A stretch of DNA of 64,000 nt. Source: Octopus vulgaris (taxonomy: Eukaryota). Below the pieces are notes generated by a model. It worked only from the letters and a program-made list of their open reading frames with translations. It was not told where the DNA came from and made no database searches. A program made the position numbers and the translations under genes. Below, piece after piece: positions 51,611 through 64,000 of this stretch (the first letter of the stretch is position 1; each line of letters opens with the position of its first letter). Location of the stretch: positions 47,740,001-47,804,000 of the forward strand of contig OX597836.1 of assembly GCA_951406725.2 (NCBI GenBank), written 5' to 3'.

Positions 51611-53357
51611 TACAGGTACGCTGTAAGTAAAGTGAGGGTTGGCAACAAGTATACTGAAGAATTCAGGGTAGAGGTAGGGGTCCATCAAGATTCAGTCCTC
51701 AGCCCCCTCCTATTTATCATAGTCCTCCAGACAATACCGGAGGAATTCAAGACAGGATGCCCCTGAGAGATCTTCTATGCTGATGACCTTGCTCTAGTTG
51801 CTGAGTCACTATCAGAACTAGAGGCGAAGTTTCAAGTGTGGAAACAAGGATTAGAATTGAAGGGCCTTAAAATTAACCTAGCTAAAACCAAAGTCCTAAT
51901 ATGTAGGAAGGCAGGCAAACCACAAATCCCTTCAGGTAGATGGCCCTACTCAATCTGTAGAAAAGGCATAGGTAGAAACTCTATAAGATGTACCCAGTGT
52001 AAGCTATGGACACATTAGAGGTGCAGTAATATCAAAGGAAGGCTAACTGGGTAGATAGTTTTTGCATGTGGCAGATGCTCGGGAGCAATAAACACTGAAA
52101 ATGCGCAGAGACCAACTTCCACTACATTCCAGGGAGAAAAACTAGAAGTAGTTGATAGCTTCCGTTACCTAGGTAACCAAGTCAGTAGTGGAGGTGGGTG
52201 TGCTGAAAGTGTAGCTGCTAGAATAAGAATAGCTTGGGCAAAGTTCAGAGAGCTCTTACCCCTGCTGGCGACAAAAGGCCTCTCGCTCAGAGTAAAAAGT
52301 AGACTGTATGACGCTTGTGTATGAACAGCCATGCTACATGGCAGTGAAACATGGGCTGTGACTGCTGAGGACATGCGTAAGCTCACAAGGAATGAAGCCA
52401 GTATGATCCGATGGATGTGTAATGTCAGTGTGCATACTCAACAGAGTGTAGGTACCTTGAGAGAAATGTTGGACCTAAGAAGCATCAGATGTGCTGTGCA
52501 AGAGAGACGACTGCACTGGTATGGTCATGTCGCAAGAAGGACAGCTGTGTGAAAAAGTACCACGCCCTAGTGGTTGAGGGAAGACCTGGGATGGAGTGGT
52601 GAAGCATGACCTTCGAACTTTAGGCCTCACCAAACATATGACTAGTGACCAAGACCTTTGGAAATATGCCGTGCGTGAGAAGACTTAGCAAGCAAAATGA
52701 AACTATAATTTCATGGCCTATGCCAGGGGCGTAACCAGCCCACTTATGTGTACCTTTTCCTTCTTTAGACACTAAAACTCTTGCGAAGACCTGTTGAGGC
52801 AAGTGAAATCAATCAAAATCAAATTCAATGACTGGCATCCGTGCTAGCTGGGGCAAAGAGCACCATACGAGCGTGATCATTGACAGAGCGGCTAACCGGC
52901 TTCCGTGCCAGTGGCACTTAAAAGGCATCATTCAAGCATGATTGTTATCAGTGTTGCCTTACTGGCACTTGTGTCCATGCTAGTAAGGTGCCAAGAGCAC
53001 CATCCAAGCGTGATCATTGCCAGAGCAGCCAACTGGCTTCCGTGCCAGTGGCACGTAAAAGGGCACCAATTGAGCGTGATTGTTACCAACGTCACCTTAC
53101 TGGCACCTGTGCTGGTGGCATGTGTAAAAAGATTCGAGTGAGGTTGTTGCCAGTACTGCCTGACTGGCCCCTGTGCCGGTGGCATGTAAAAGCACCCACT
53201 ACACTCTCGGAGTGGTTGGCATTAGGAAGGGCATCCAGCTGTAGAAACTCTGCCAGATCAAGATTGGAGCCTGGTGCAGCCATCTGGTTTGCCAGCCCTC
53301 AGTCAAAATCGTCCAACCCATGCTAGCATGGAAAAAGGACGTTAAATGATGATGATG
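51611..53357 (+). mobile_element. Second, more decayed copy of the same RTE LINE
   Basis: Colinear with 58408-60326; YADD retained at about 51776; several stops and deletions; (GAT)n tail. Confidence 0.92.
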
Positions 53358-53964
53358 TTGAAGAATCCACTGTTCCATGGGCTCCATCATGTAGATACCA
53401 ATACTGAGGATGAAACGGAGGTACCAGTAGGAAATCCAATTCCATATTGATTTAATCGTCTACCAAATCCATGCTTTGACCAGCCTCAGGCCTTAATAGA
53501 AAACACTTACCAAAGTGCCACACAGTGGGACTAAACCTGAAGCTATGTGGTTTGGAAGCAAGCTTCTTACCCCAACAGCCATGCCTGTGCCTACAGTATA
53601 AGAGTTTAGAGGCTCTAAGAGAAAGAGCCAATGAGGGGAACTTCTCTACATCATTTGACCTGTTAGAAATAACAACCAAATCACACTCTACTGTCTTAAA
53701 AATAGAATACATGAGATAATGTTGTCCATAGTTAAGATGAGTCTCTATAAATTTTAGCTTGGGGGAGAACTGGTAAATTAAGTTTAATTTTAAATGGACC
53801 CCCATTAATAAATGATCAGTCATTTAAACAAAGTAACAAGGAGTTTTCAAATTTAAACTTTTTTTGTTTTTCTGTAAGTTTTGGCAAATTTAAAAACAAA
53901 AATTATGATAGGTTTCGCATCAGAGTAAATCACTAAACAAACATATCTCTCTCTCTCTCTCCCC

Positions 53965-53996
<32 letters not shown>

Positions 53997-54063
53997 ACAT
54001 GTACTTTTGTTCAAAAACTTATTGTAATTCATTTCCCTAATTGCTGTGTGTGTGTAACTACAG

Positions 54064-57000
54064 GTGTTTTACATGGAGGAGAGTAATATATATCTAAATA
54101 CAGGTATATCAGCCTCAGGACAAGCCCCTCCAATGGCGGGGTCTGCATTAGTCCCACCTTTATCACAACAGCAAATGCATGATCAGGCAGGTCAGACCAC
54201 TCAGCAACAAAACACTCAACAATCCAACATGCTGCCCCAGTCAGGTGGTGGAATGTTATCCCAGGGAGGAAGCAGTCAGTTACCAAGTGATGTCGCACGA
54301 AGCCAACAAGGTGGTCAGCTCCCTAAAGAGGTGAATAGTGTTTCCTTGCATCGACTCAGTCAAGAGATTGTACATGACACAGTACAAAGATATCTTTGGG
54401 AGTCTGAAAACCATATCAGTAAGTTTACCAATAATCTCTTCATTTTTCATCATAATACTTTTTGCTGATTTCAGCCTTTATTAAAAGACTAATTGATTTT
54501 AATTTGAATAATATCATCATCATCGTTTAACATCCCTTTGTCCTTGCTCGCATGGGTTGGATAGTTTGACAGGAACTGATGAGCCAAAAGCCTTTGCCAA
54601 GTTCCAATGTCTGCTTTGACATTGTTGCTCAACCTAATACCAACCACTTTACAAAGTGTGCTGGAATTTTTTTTTTGCATGGCACCAGCACTGGTGAAGT
54701 CACCAAGTATTCTCAAGAGAAGAGCCTCCTTTGGCACAAAGCCAGCAATCTCAGGGGAAGTGTAAGTTGATTATATCGACCCCAGTTCTCAACTGGTACT
54801 TATTTTTCATTGGCCCTGAAAGGATGAAAGGCAAAGTCAACCTCAGCAGAATTTGAATTCAAGATGTGAAGATGGATGGAATGCCACCAAGCATTCTGCC
54901 AGCGCACCATCTTCAGTGGGGGTTTAATATTGAAGGATATGAAAGTATGATAGAGGGACAAGAGCAGGTGTCTTGCTGAAGAGGTGAATACAGGGTTTCC
55001 CAATTAGGGGAAAATAAAAAGAGAAAATCTGGAAAAAGGTGAACAACTTTGTTAACCCTTTCATTACCGTATTTATTTTGAGGTGCTCTGTGTTCCTTTC
55101 AATTACTTTAAATATAACAAAGAATTTAGTAAAATAACTTGGTTATCATTCAACTATTGTTAGGAACATAAATTGTGACTAAGGTTTGGTGGAAGATTTT
55201 AATTCAAAACTTATGTAAACAAGACATTTGTACTCAGAGCCAGAGCCAGTTTCAGCCGGGTTGGTAACGAAAGGGTTAATCAATCTGTTTCTTCAATCAA
55301 GTTTGGTTAATTGATTTTAGCAACACATGTCAACCATTTAGCCATAAAGTAAGATTCTCTTTATACAGTTTTGCCTTGTCTCTCCTTGTATAGTGATAGA
55401 GCATGGCTCTCTATGTAGGTCAGCATATAGGAGCTGTTACTTGTCCTTAGTTCATGGCTTAGATTCCAGACACAGAAGCAACACAGCGTTACATTCTTCA
55501 ACAACATGTTATTTTCTATGTGTTTGGAAGCACATCTATTTGTAAAGTATTTCCATGCAGCAAATAAAACAGATACAGTCAAAGAAATTTTGAATCAATA
55601 AAAATCACACACACCAAAAAATAAGGTTTTGATTGGAATAAAGCTAGAAAAAAATATTTCACCCTAAATTGTTATTGAAAATATCAATGAATGCATCAGA
55701 CTTTTTTTTTTTTTTTTCTGTAATTAGTTTAATGCAATATTTCTCTGTTGCAGTTGCCTAATGGTGCTTCTTATAATGTACAACAATACCAAAAGAAGAA
55801 AAATAAACTTGATGATCAAATGAGGATTTTGAATTTAGGTTTCCGCAAACTATGCATCATCTCTGAAAAAGTAGAAGAAAGCACTGGTCCGAGAGAAGCA
55901 ATGTTTTCTTCTGAAGTAAGAATATTTCGATATTTTAAATTATTTCTATTTTTGAACTTATCGCATAATTCTTAAGATGCTTTTTTCCTTTCATCATGGC
56001 TGCACCAGACTCCAATCTGATCTGGCAGAGTTTCTACAGCTGGATGCCCTTCCTAATGCCAACCACTCCAAGAGTGTAGTGGGTGCTTTTATGTGCCACC
56101 AGCACGAGGGCCAGTCAGGCAGTACTGACAACGGCCACGCTTGAATGGTGCTTTTTATGTGCCACCTGCACAGGAGCCTGTCCAGCGGCACTGGCAACGA
56201 CCTCACTCAAATGCTTTTTCATGTGCCACCAGCGCAAGTGCCAGTAAGGCGACGCAGGTAACGATCCCGCTCAAATGATGTTTCAGAAGAACTATTTAAA
56301 AAATCTAATTTATTATTAATTAGATCCTTCTTTGCTTCTCTATAAAGACTACTTTTTGTACAAAATATAAATCTTTTATTACTGTTGTTATTCTGGATCA
56401 GACCTGATTATGCAATCTGGTGATGAAAGGATTTCCAGCTATGACCATCCTGACTTTTTTTTTTCCTGATGCTTCCTTCTGTTGTAAAGTAGTATGCTGT
56501 GATTTGAGGCAGATTCAGCTGCTATTTCTTGCAGATCAAGCACCACATAAAGAAATCCTTTGTTGCCAATCACGGTATCAGCTCCCCTGTTCCTTTCCCA
56601 CTCAGACCGTACTCCAGTTACTACAATGTCTCCATAATTACCCCCATCACTTATATATGTCACCCACATAACAGAAACTCTCAACCATATTTTCATATCT
56701 GAGAAATTCATAGACTTTCTTATCAGCTGCTAAATGTCACGTACATTTAGTACAGTAAAACCATTGTTCATTATTAATCTACCAGAAATTCCTTTTGTAT
56801 ACCCATTGCTTGTATAGAGTCTAGAGCAGTGAGTTACTGTTTACTCTCCTTATCGATCAGGAAAAGCCAGCTTAGTGCTCTGTGTCAACAATTAGGTCTT
56901 TGCTGTGTGACATGTTGTCCTTTGGACTCTAAGCTATAGTTTCATTTTTGGATCATATTCTACAACTCTTTGGTAGATTCTAAATTAAGAATCAGGGCAT

Positions 57001-58030
57001 CAGCAAATAAAAATGCCAAAAATCATCCAGTTTTAATCTACTGAAGAATGAAAGCAAGTGGTAGAGAGCTGATGAGAGGGTTTTACTGAAGACTATTATT
57101 CCTCATCATTTAATGTCCATGTTCCATGCTGGCATGGGTTGGATGGTTTGACAGATTCCAGTGGGCCCAACAACTGCATTCTGGTCCAGTGCCTGCTTCA
57201 GCATGGTTTTTATGGCTTCCTAAAGCCGTTCCTAAAGCCAACCATCTACCACCTCACAGTATGGACTGAGTGTTTTGTTTGTACCACCTGCACTAGTGAG
57301 GTTATCTTGCAGACTGCAAGACTATAAACCAAGGAAGTCAATAGGGGTGGTTCAAGTATGAGAGAAGGGTGGAGAGCAGGTTATTATTGTAGAGGAGTTA
57401 CACAGCTATTCACAAGTAGAAGAAAGGGTGAGAATGGTCAGGTGGAGCTGCAAAGAGATAAATAGTAGTGATGAGGTGTCCAGGTGGGCCCCTCAAGGTT
57501 TGAGGTGAGTGGGGAGAGAGGAATTAGGAATTTGGTGGATGTCTTTTTACTAAATTCTTCACAGAATTCATTGTCAGTCCTCACCTGCTTTACATAACTT
57601 TACCTAGTCTCAGAAGCCATTCATTAGTAATTTTTTTTTTTGTTTTCTTTTAAAATTGCACATATTGCTATTTCAGTAATTTATTTTTTTGATTTCAGTA
57701 GAATCTTATACCAATTTGTAACAAGGAATATAACACTGAATTCCTTCGAGATGCTGAAAAACATAACCTTTACCAAATTGTTTCTGAAGAACACAGAGAC
57801 ATGGTTGAAGTAAGTTTTTGTCTTTGAGTCTGCTTCTGTTCCCATTTTAACTATTTTGGACAAACTGTTTTAATTCGTAACTAAAATTCTATTCATTTAT
57901 ATTTTTTTTTCTTTTTTTTTTTTTCCAGTGAATACAATTGAAAAACTGTCAACTGAAGGAAGTTATTGATCACATCTGAACAATAATTTGGGAGATCAAT
58001 ACAATGATCACTATGAGAAAAACTGACTGA
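54064..58030 (+). pseudogene. MED30: Intron-containing MED30 (Mediator subunit 30) pseudogene; exons 54064-54418, 55754-55915, 57702-57809, 57929-58030
   Basis: KEVNSVSL.R..QE.V.D.V, LPNGASY…FRKL, LIP…SEE.R, QLKEVID…IW.INTM..MR match MED30. GT-AG sites are intact. Frameshift at about 54388-54391; in-frame TGA at 57929 and 57977. Confidence 0.85.
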
Positions 58031-58380
58031 TTGATTGATTTTCTATGAATCATCCTGAAGAAAACTTCCATTGGTCGTCTGATAGGTTATATGTACCAAA
58101 CTGGACAGCTGAACTTCAGTTTGCACTGGACTTGGTCAACATTCCACCATTCCTGGTCAAAACTGACAATATAAGAATTTACTCCAGATGTGCTCCATTT
58201 TCTAATGCGCACAGTCCACCTAAGCCAGTTTCCTTTATCTGGAATATAAATCTGAAGTTGTTGCAACAACAAAGAATATTTACTTTGTGTCCAACAATAG
58301 GATATTTAATTCTTATAATGAAAATCTTTGTAAATATCACCAAATATATTTGCCATTAAAGTTTACTTTTTTAAACTTTA

Positions 58381-60326
58381 TGGCTGGTGAGAGCTGTGCA
58401 AGCCATGTACAGGGATGCTGTAAGTAAGGTGAGGGTTGGCAACAAGTACACTGAAGAATTCAAGGTAGAGTTTGGGGTCCACCAGGGTTCAGTCCTCAGC
58501 CCCCTCCTATTTATCATAGTCCTCCAGGCAATTAAGGAGGAATTCAAGACAGGATGCCCCTGGGAGCTCCTCTATGCTGACAACCTTGCTCTAATTGCTG
58601 AGTCACTATCAGAACTAGAGGAGAAGTTTCAGGTGTGGAAGGAGGGATTAGAATCGAGGGGCCTTAGAGTCAACCTAGCTAAAACCAAAGTCCTAATAAG
58701 TAGGAAGGTAGACAAACCACAAATGCCTTCAGGTAGATGGCCCTGCTCGATCTGTAGAAAAGGCGTAGGTAGAAACTCTATAAGATGTACCCAGTGTAAG
58801 CTATGGACACATAAGAGGTGCAGTAATATCAAAGGAAGGCTAACTGGGAAGATAGTTTTTGTATGTGGCAGATGCTCAGGAGCAATAAACACTGAAAATC
58901 TGCAGAAAACATCTTCCGTCACTTTCCAGGGGGAAAAACTAGAAGTAGTTGATAGCTTCCATTACCTAGGTGACCAAGTCAGTAGTGGGGGTGGGTATAC
59001 TGAAAGTGTAGCTGCTAGAGTAAGAATAGCCTGGGCAAAGTTCAGGGAGCTCTTACCTCTGCTGGTGACTAAAGGCCTCTCGCTCAGAGTAAAAGGCAGA
59101 CTGTATGATGCATGTGTACGAACAGCCATGCTACATGGCAGTGAAACATGGGCTGTGACTGCTGAGGACATGCGTAAGCTCACGAGGAATGAAGCCAGTA
59201 TGCTCCGATGGATGTGTAATGTCAGTGTGCATACTTGACAGAGTGTTAGTACCTTGAGAGAAATGTTGGACCTAAGAAGCATCAGCTGTGGTGTGCAAGA
59301 GAGACGATTGCGCTGGTATGGTCATGTGGAGAGAATGGATGAAGATAGGTGTGTGAAAAAGTACCAATCCCTAGCAGTTGAGGGAACCCATGGAAGAGGT
59401 AGACCCAGGAAAACCTGGGACGAGGTGGTGAAGCACGACCTTCGAACTTTAGGCCTCACCGAAGCAATGACTAGCGACCGGGACCTTTGGAAATATGCTG
59501 TGCGTGAGAAGAACCAGCAGGACAAGTGAGTCCAGCCCACTTATGCATGTCTTTCCTCCCTTGGACACACAAAGACCTGTTGAGGCAAGCGAAGTCGAAA
59601 TCGAACCTCATCCGACGACAGGCACCCATGCCAACCTCCCTTCATTGGACACTAAACTCTGCTTGCAAAGACCTGTTGGGGCAAGTGAAATCGGAATCGA
59701 AATTGAACCAATCCTATGACTGGCACCCGGCAGTTTCCAGGACCGCTGGACTGACTCCTGTGCAGGTGGCAAGTGAAGAAACACCATTTCGACCCTGTGC
59801 TTGAGGAGATCCATTGAGTCAAGTACACAACATCAAAATCAATGGAAACTGCAGTTGTGATCCATGTGCCGATGGCACGTAAAAAGCACCATCCGAATCA
59901 TGGCCGATGCCAGTGCCGCCTAGACTGGCTTCCGTGCCGGTGGCACATAAAAACACTATCCAAATCGTGGCCGATGCCAGCGCTGCCTTGGCTGGCTTCC
60001 GTGCCAGTGGCACGTAAAAAGCACCATCCGAATCGTGGCCGATGCCAGCGCCACCTTGACTGGCTTCCATGCCGGTGGCATGTAAAATGCACCAATCTGA
60101 TCATGGCCATTGCCAGCCTCGCCTGGCACCTGTGCCAGTGGCACATAAAAAGCACCCATTACACTCACGGACTGGTTGGCGTTAAGAAGGGCATCCAGCT
60201 GTAGAAACACTACCAGATCAGACTGGAGCCTGGTGCAGCCTCCATGGCTTACCAGATCCCCAGTCGAACCGTTCAACCCATGCTAGCATGGAAAGCGGAC
60301 GTTTAACAATGATGATGATGATGATT
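58381..60326 (+). mobile_element. 5'-truncated RTE-clade LINE (RT C-terminal part, repeat-rich 3' UTR, (GAT)n tail)
   Basis: GVHQGSVLSPLLF, LLYADN (YADD mutated), GSETW, RLRWYGHV.R, GRPRKTW motifs. Premature TGA at 59236. Tail gatgatgatgatgat. Confidence 0.93.
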
Positions 60327-62339
60327 TTATTGACAGTATTTTTTTACTTTTACAATACACTATTTATGTAATCATCAGAATATATTTATGTGAGTGTTCT
60401 TGTCTCCTTGTCTTAACATCACACAATAATTGTAAAATAAACATCACCACCATACAAGCAGGTCTTATTTCCAGTCTTCCATGGAAACATGGACAGCCAT
60501 AGGAAGTATTTCCCTGGAAACAGGTAAGGTTTGGCAATGGAGGGGCATCTGGCCATAGAAAATCTGCCTCAATACACTCTGTCTGACCCATGCAAGCATA
60601 GAAAAGTGGATGCAAAAATGATAATTATTTATCTTAGACTAGTTTCACTCCTTTGTTGAAATTTTATCAACATCCAAGCATCTTCTTTATCCAGAAACAC
60701 TTCTTACAAATCACTGAATGTTAAGGTCCTAAGTAAATTAAATGGATCCCAATTTGTGTATAGAATGCATTCTAGACAGTTAGTTTCATTAATAAATTAC
60801 TGTTGTATTACTAATGTTTTCTTTCAATATATCCTCTGGCCCCCGTGCAGGTGGCACGTAAAAAGCACCCACTACACTCACGGAGTGGTTGGCGTTAGGA
60901 AGGGCATCCAGCTGTAGAAACTCTGCCAGAACAGACTGGAGCCTGGTGCAGCCTCCTGGCTTCCCAGACCCTGGTCGAACCATCCAACCCATGCTAGCAT
61001 GGAAAACAGACGTTAAACGATGATGATGATGATATACTATACTACGGAATATAGATTTTAAACCAACATTATGTATTGTGTAAACACCTTATCTGTGTAT
61101 ATAATATTTTCAAAGACACAAAAAAATCAACAGGACTTGTTTTTCTATCCATAAAGTTATTGTCTCTGAAGACAAGATGTTTACATCTGTCTATGCATCC
61201 AGTTTTGGTTGAATAGGTTATTAACATTCCCTGCAGTGCAGTTTAGCAAACTGAAACAAAAAACATTTCTTACCAAATCACCTTTTTCTGTTCTCATACT
61301 TTAAACTCTATTGTTCTGTATACACCCTGAATGCCCTACACTTGTTTTAATCCCTTATTCTTTTCAGAACCCCATTAATTTAATTATTTCTCTCTTCTTA
61401 ACTACCATTATTTAATCATCTATAATATCCCCACCTCCTCCTTTCGTGTGGTCTATGTTTCTTGCTTTTTTACGATGACCTAACTTTTCTTATCTTAATT
61501 TACATACCTCCCATCTATACAACCTGCTATCATACAGACTTACCTAGCATTCACCTTTGCCTGTATGATCCATTTGTTTTACTTTTTTATTCCAACCCAT
61601 CATTGTCTTATTATTTATAAAAAGATATATGTAATCAAACGTTGAAGGAGACCAAAGTCCAGAGAGAGAGAGATCTTAAAAGAAACTATACAAATAATGT
61701 GAACGGCAAATATTTCTATCTTATTCATTATGTCCCAACAAAGAAATTTCACCTTTCAATCTGAGGTGACCATCAGAGGTGAATAATATATTATTTTGAA
61801 TAATGCAAGTCCCAAAATATTTTACATGATTAGAAAACTCATACATTAATAAATTTAAATAACGTAATAAATGTTAGTAGATGTTATTCTTTATTCTTTT
61901 ATTCTTTTACTTGTTTCAGTCATTTGACTGCAGCCATGCTGGAGCACCGCCTTTAGTCAAGCAAATCGACCCCGGGACTTATTCTTTGTAAGCTTATTCT
62001 ATCGGTGTCTTTTGCCGAACTGCTAAGTGACGGGCACGTAAACACACCAGCATCGGTTGTCAAGCAATGCTAGGGGGACAAACACAGACACACACACACA
62101 TATATATATACATACATACGACAGGCTTCTTTCAGTTTCCGTCTACCAAATCCACTCACAAGGCATTGGTTGGCCCGGAGCTATAGCAGAAGACACTTGC
62201 CCAAGATGCCATGCAGTGGGACTGAACCCGGAACCATGTGGTTGGTTAGCAAGCTACTTACCACACAGCCACTTAGTTATATTTTACACAGGTAGAAAGA
62301 ACTATGTTATATTCCAGCAAGAATTAGCATCAGAGTGAG

Positions 62340-62920
62340 AGCAGAGAGTGAATTGCTATCATCTGATAAATGGTATCAGATGGATAGAAAAAACAGAACC
62401 CACAAATCTTTCAATAAAACGACGCAGAGGGATTGATAGATCAAGATGTACAGTGGTTCCAGCAAAACGGGGCCACTCCTCACATATCAAATGACTCCCT
62501 AACCTGGCTGAGAGAGGGATTTCAGGAGAGACTGATCAGCAGGAAGTGTGACGTTGAGTGGGCGCCGGATTCACCAGACTTGAACCCCACAGATTTTTAT
62601 CTGTGGGGGGTATCTCAAAGATAATGTTTACCAGAACAACCCTCAAACAATTGGTGAACTGAAGGCAGCAATCACAGCAGAAATCAGGGAAATCCCCAAA
62701 GAGGAATGTGTTTGAGTAATTTACAATTTTGCATCATGTATGCAAGTGTTTGCACGACTTATGCCATTTGGAGCATATTTTGAAAAGAACACGATTTTTA
62801 TGCAAAGGGAATGATCGTACACAGACCAAAGGTTAAGTCCAGCAAATTTCAAGAGATTTGCTGGAGTTTTGTAGGATTTAATAAAATTTTTATGGGTTCT
62901 GTTTTTTGGGTGTCACCCTG
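62340..62920 (+). mobile_element. Tc1/mariner (DD37D-like) transposase remnant with right end
   Basis: WFQQNGATPH…WAPDSPDLNPTDFYLWG motif; terminus …GTCACCCTG followed by TA. Confidence 0.8.
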
Positions 62921-63442
62921 TATTTTGGAACCTACAGGAGAAAGGGGCCTGTAATCTATGGTAAGGCCACTTGGTTCATTGTTGCTCACAAACTGCCTGT
63001 TACTATACCTGTGAAGAATAAGAGAAGTTGGGCCATGCTTGGCCAGCAGATGGTAGTTTGACAAGCATAATTAATTTTCTCTTTCGTTAAAATTGCCATC
63101 CTTCATCCATTTATTTATTCTCCGACACTTGTACATGCAGCATCAGGTGTTCAAACTATTTTCTTGTTTATCAACAAATAAGATTCAGAAAAGAGAAGTG
63201 GAATATAAGTGTTAAATAATTATTTAGCACTACATTCTTCTTTCTTGTACGATATCATTTTTTTACCACACACACATGGAATGTGTTTGTCTATTTGAGT
63301 GTATATATGTGTGCCTATGTAACATGTATATGAAGGGTGTACGCAGGTGAATCTACCATGTGGAGTTGGTCAAACCTATTTTACATGATCCAACAAGCCA
63401 GTCAACTACATGGACTTCCAATGTCTGATTTGGCAGGGTTTC

Positions 63443-63790
63443 CCTCAACCACTAGGGCGTGGTACTTTTTCACACAGCTGTCCTCATCCATTCTTGCCAC
63501 ATGACCATACCAGCACAGTCGTCTCTCTTGCACACTGCATCTGATGCTTCTTAGGTCCAACATTTCTCTCAAGGTACCTACACTCCGTCAAGTATGCACA
63601 CTGACATTACACATCCATGGGATCATACTGGCTTTATTCCTTGCGAGCTTACGCATGTCCTCAGCAGTCACGGCCCATGTTTCACTGCCATGTAGCATGG
63701 CTGTTCGTACACATGCATCATACAGTCTGCCTTTTACTCTGAGCGAGAGGCCTTTAGTCCCTGAACTTTGCCCAGGCTATTCTTACTCAA
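63443..63790 (-). mobile_element. Internal fragment of the same RTE LINE
   Basis: Reverse complement of about 59020-59385 (GSETWAVTAEDMRKL region). Confidence 0.88.
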
Positions 63791-64000
63791 GCAGTTTAAT
63801 TTGTCCATGTAAGTTATATTTATTTCAAGTAAAATATATTGCTAGTGTGTTGTTCACAGTGGAATACATGAATTAATAAAACCCTTTACAATGACTTATG
63901 TATTCGACTGGATATTATGTTTACTGTAATCTCGCAGCTCATCAAGTTATTTTAAGACAACTTTCGGTGTATGAACATAAATGGAAGGTGAAGTGACAAA

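Noticed and set aside
59860-60160. Regularly spaced repeats resembling a CRISPR array (also 39350-39510)
   Set aside because: The 'spacers' are similar to each other, the context is a eukaryotic LINE 3' UTR, and there are no cas genes.

Overview
Eukaryotic, AT-rich, repeat-dense genomic DNA. The SINE/LINE repertoire and microsatellite load suggest an octopus (inference). Most ORFs in the supplied track are artefacts of microsatellites and SINEs. Two host loci can be read directly. (1) A multi-exon BTBD9 gene on the - strand: 11 homology-supported exons at 39040..19207 plus a candidate ATG exon at 50852..50781; all junctions are GT-AG and phase-compatible, giving about 672 aa. (2) A divergently oriented, intron-containing MED30 copy on the + strand (54064-58030), disabled by a frameshift and two TGA stops and bracketed by two direct-repeat RTE LINEs. 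The rest is mobile DNA: three tRNA-derived SINE families, RTE LINEs whose RT contains a PHD-type C4HC3 finger, CR1-like tails, a decayed Gypsy-like element, Tc1/mariner and piggyBac-type elements, non-autonomous Helitrons and nested MITEs. The most interesting signal is RNA structure. Four unrelated small elements carry minimal type I hammerhead ribozymes: one intact, one fused to a tRNA/Pol III head in an inverted-duplicated, Penelope-like arrangement, and two degenerate. There is also a ~600-bp CpG-rich, highly structured insert with a predicted pseudoknot.
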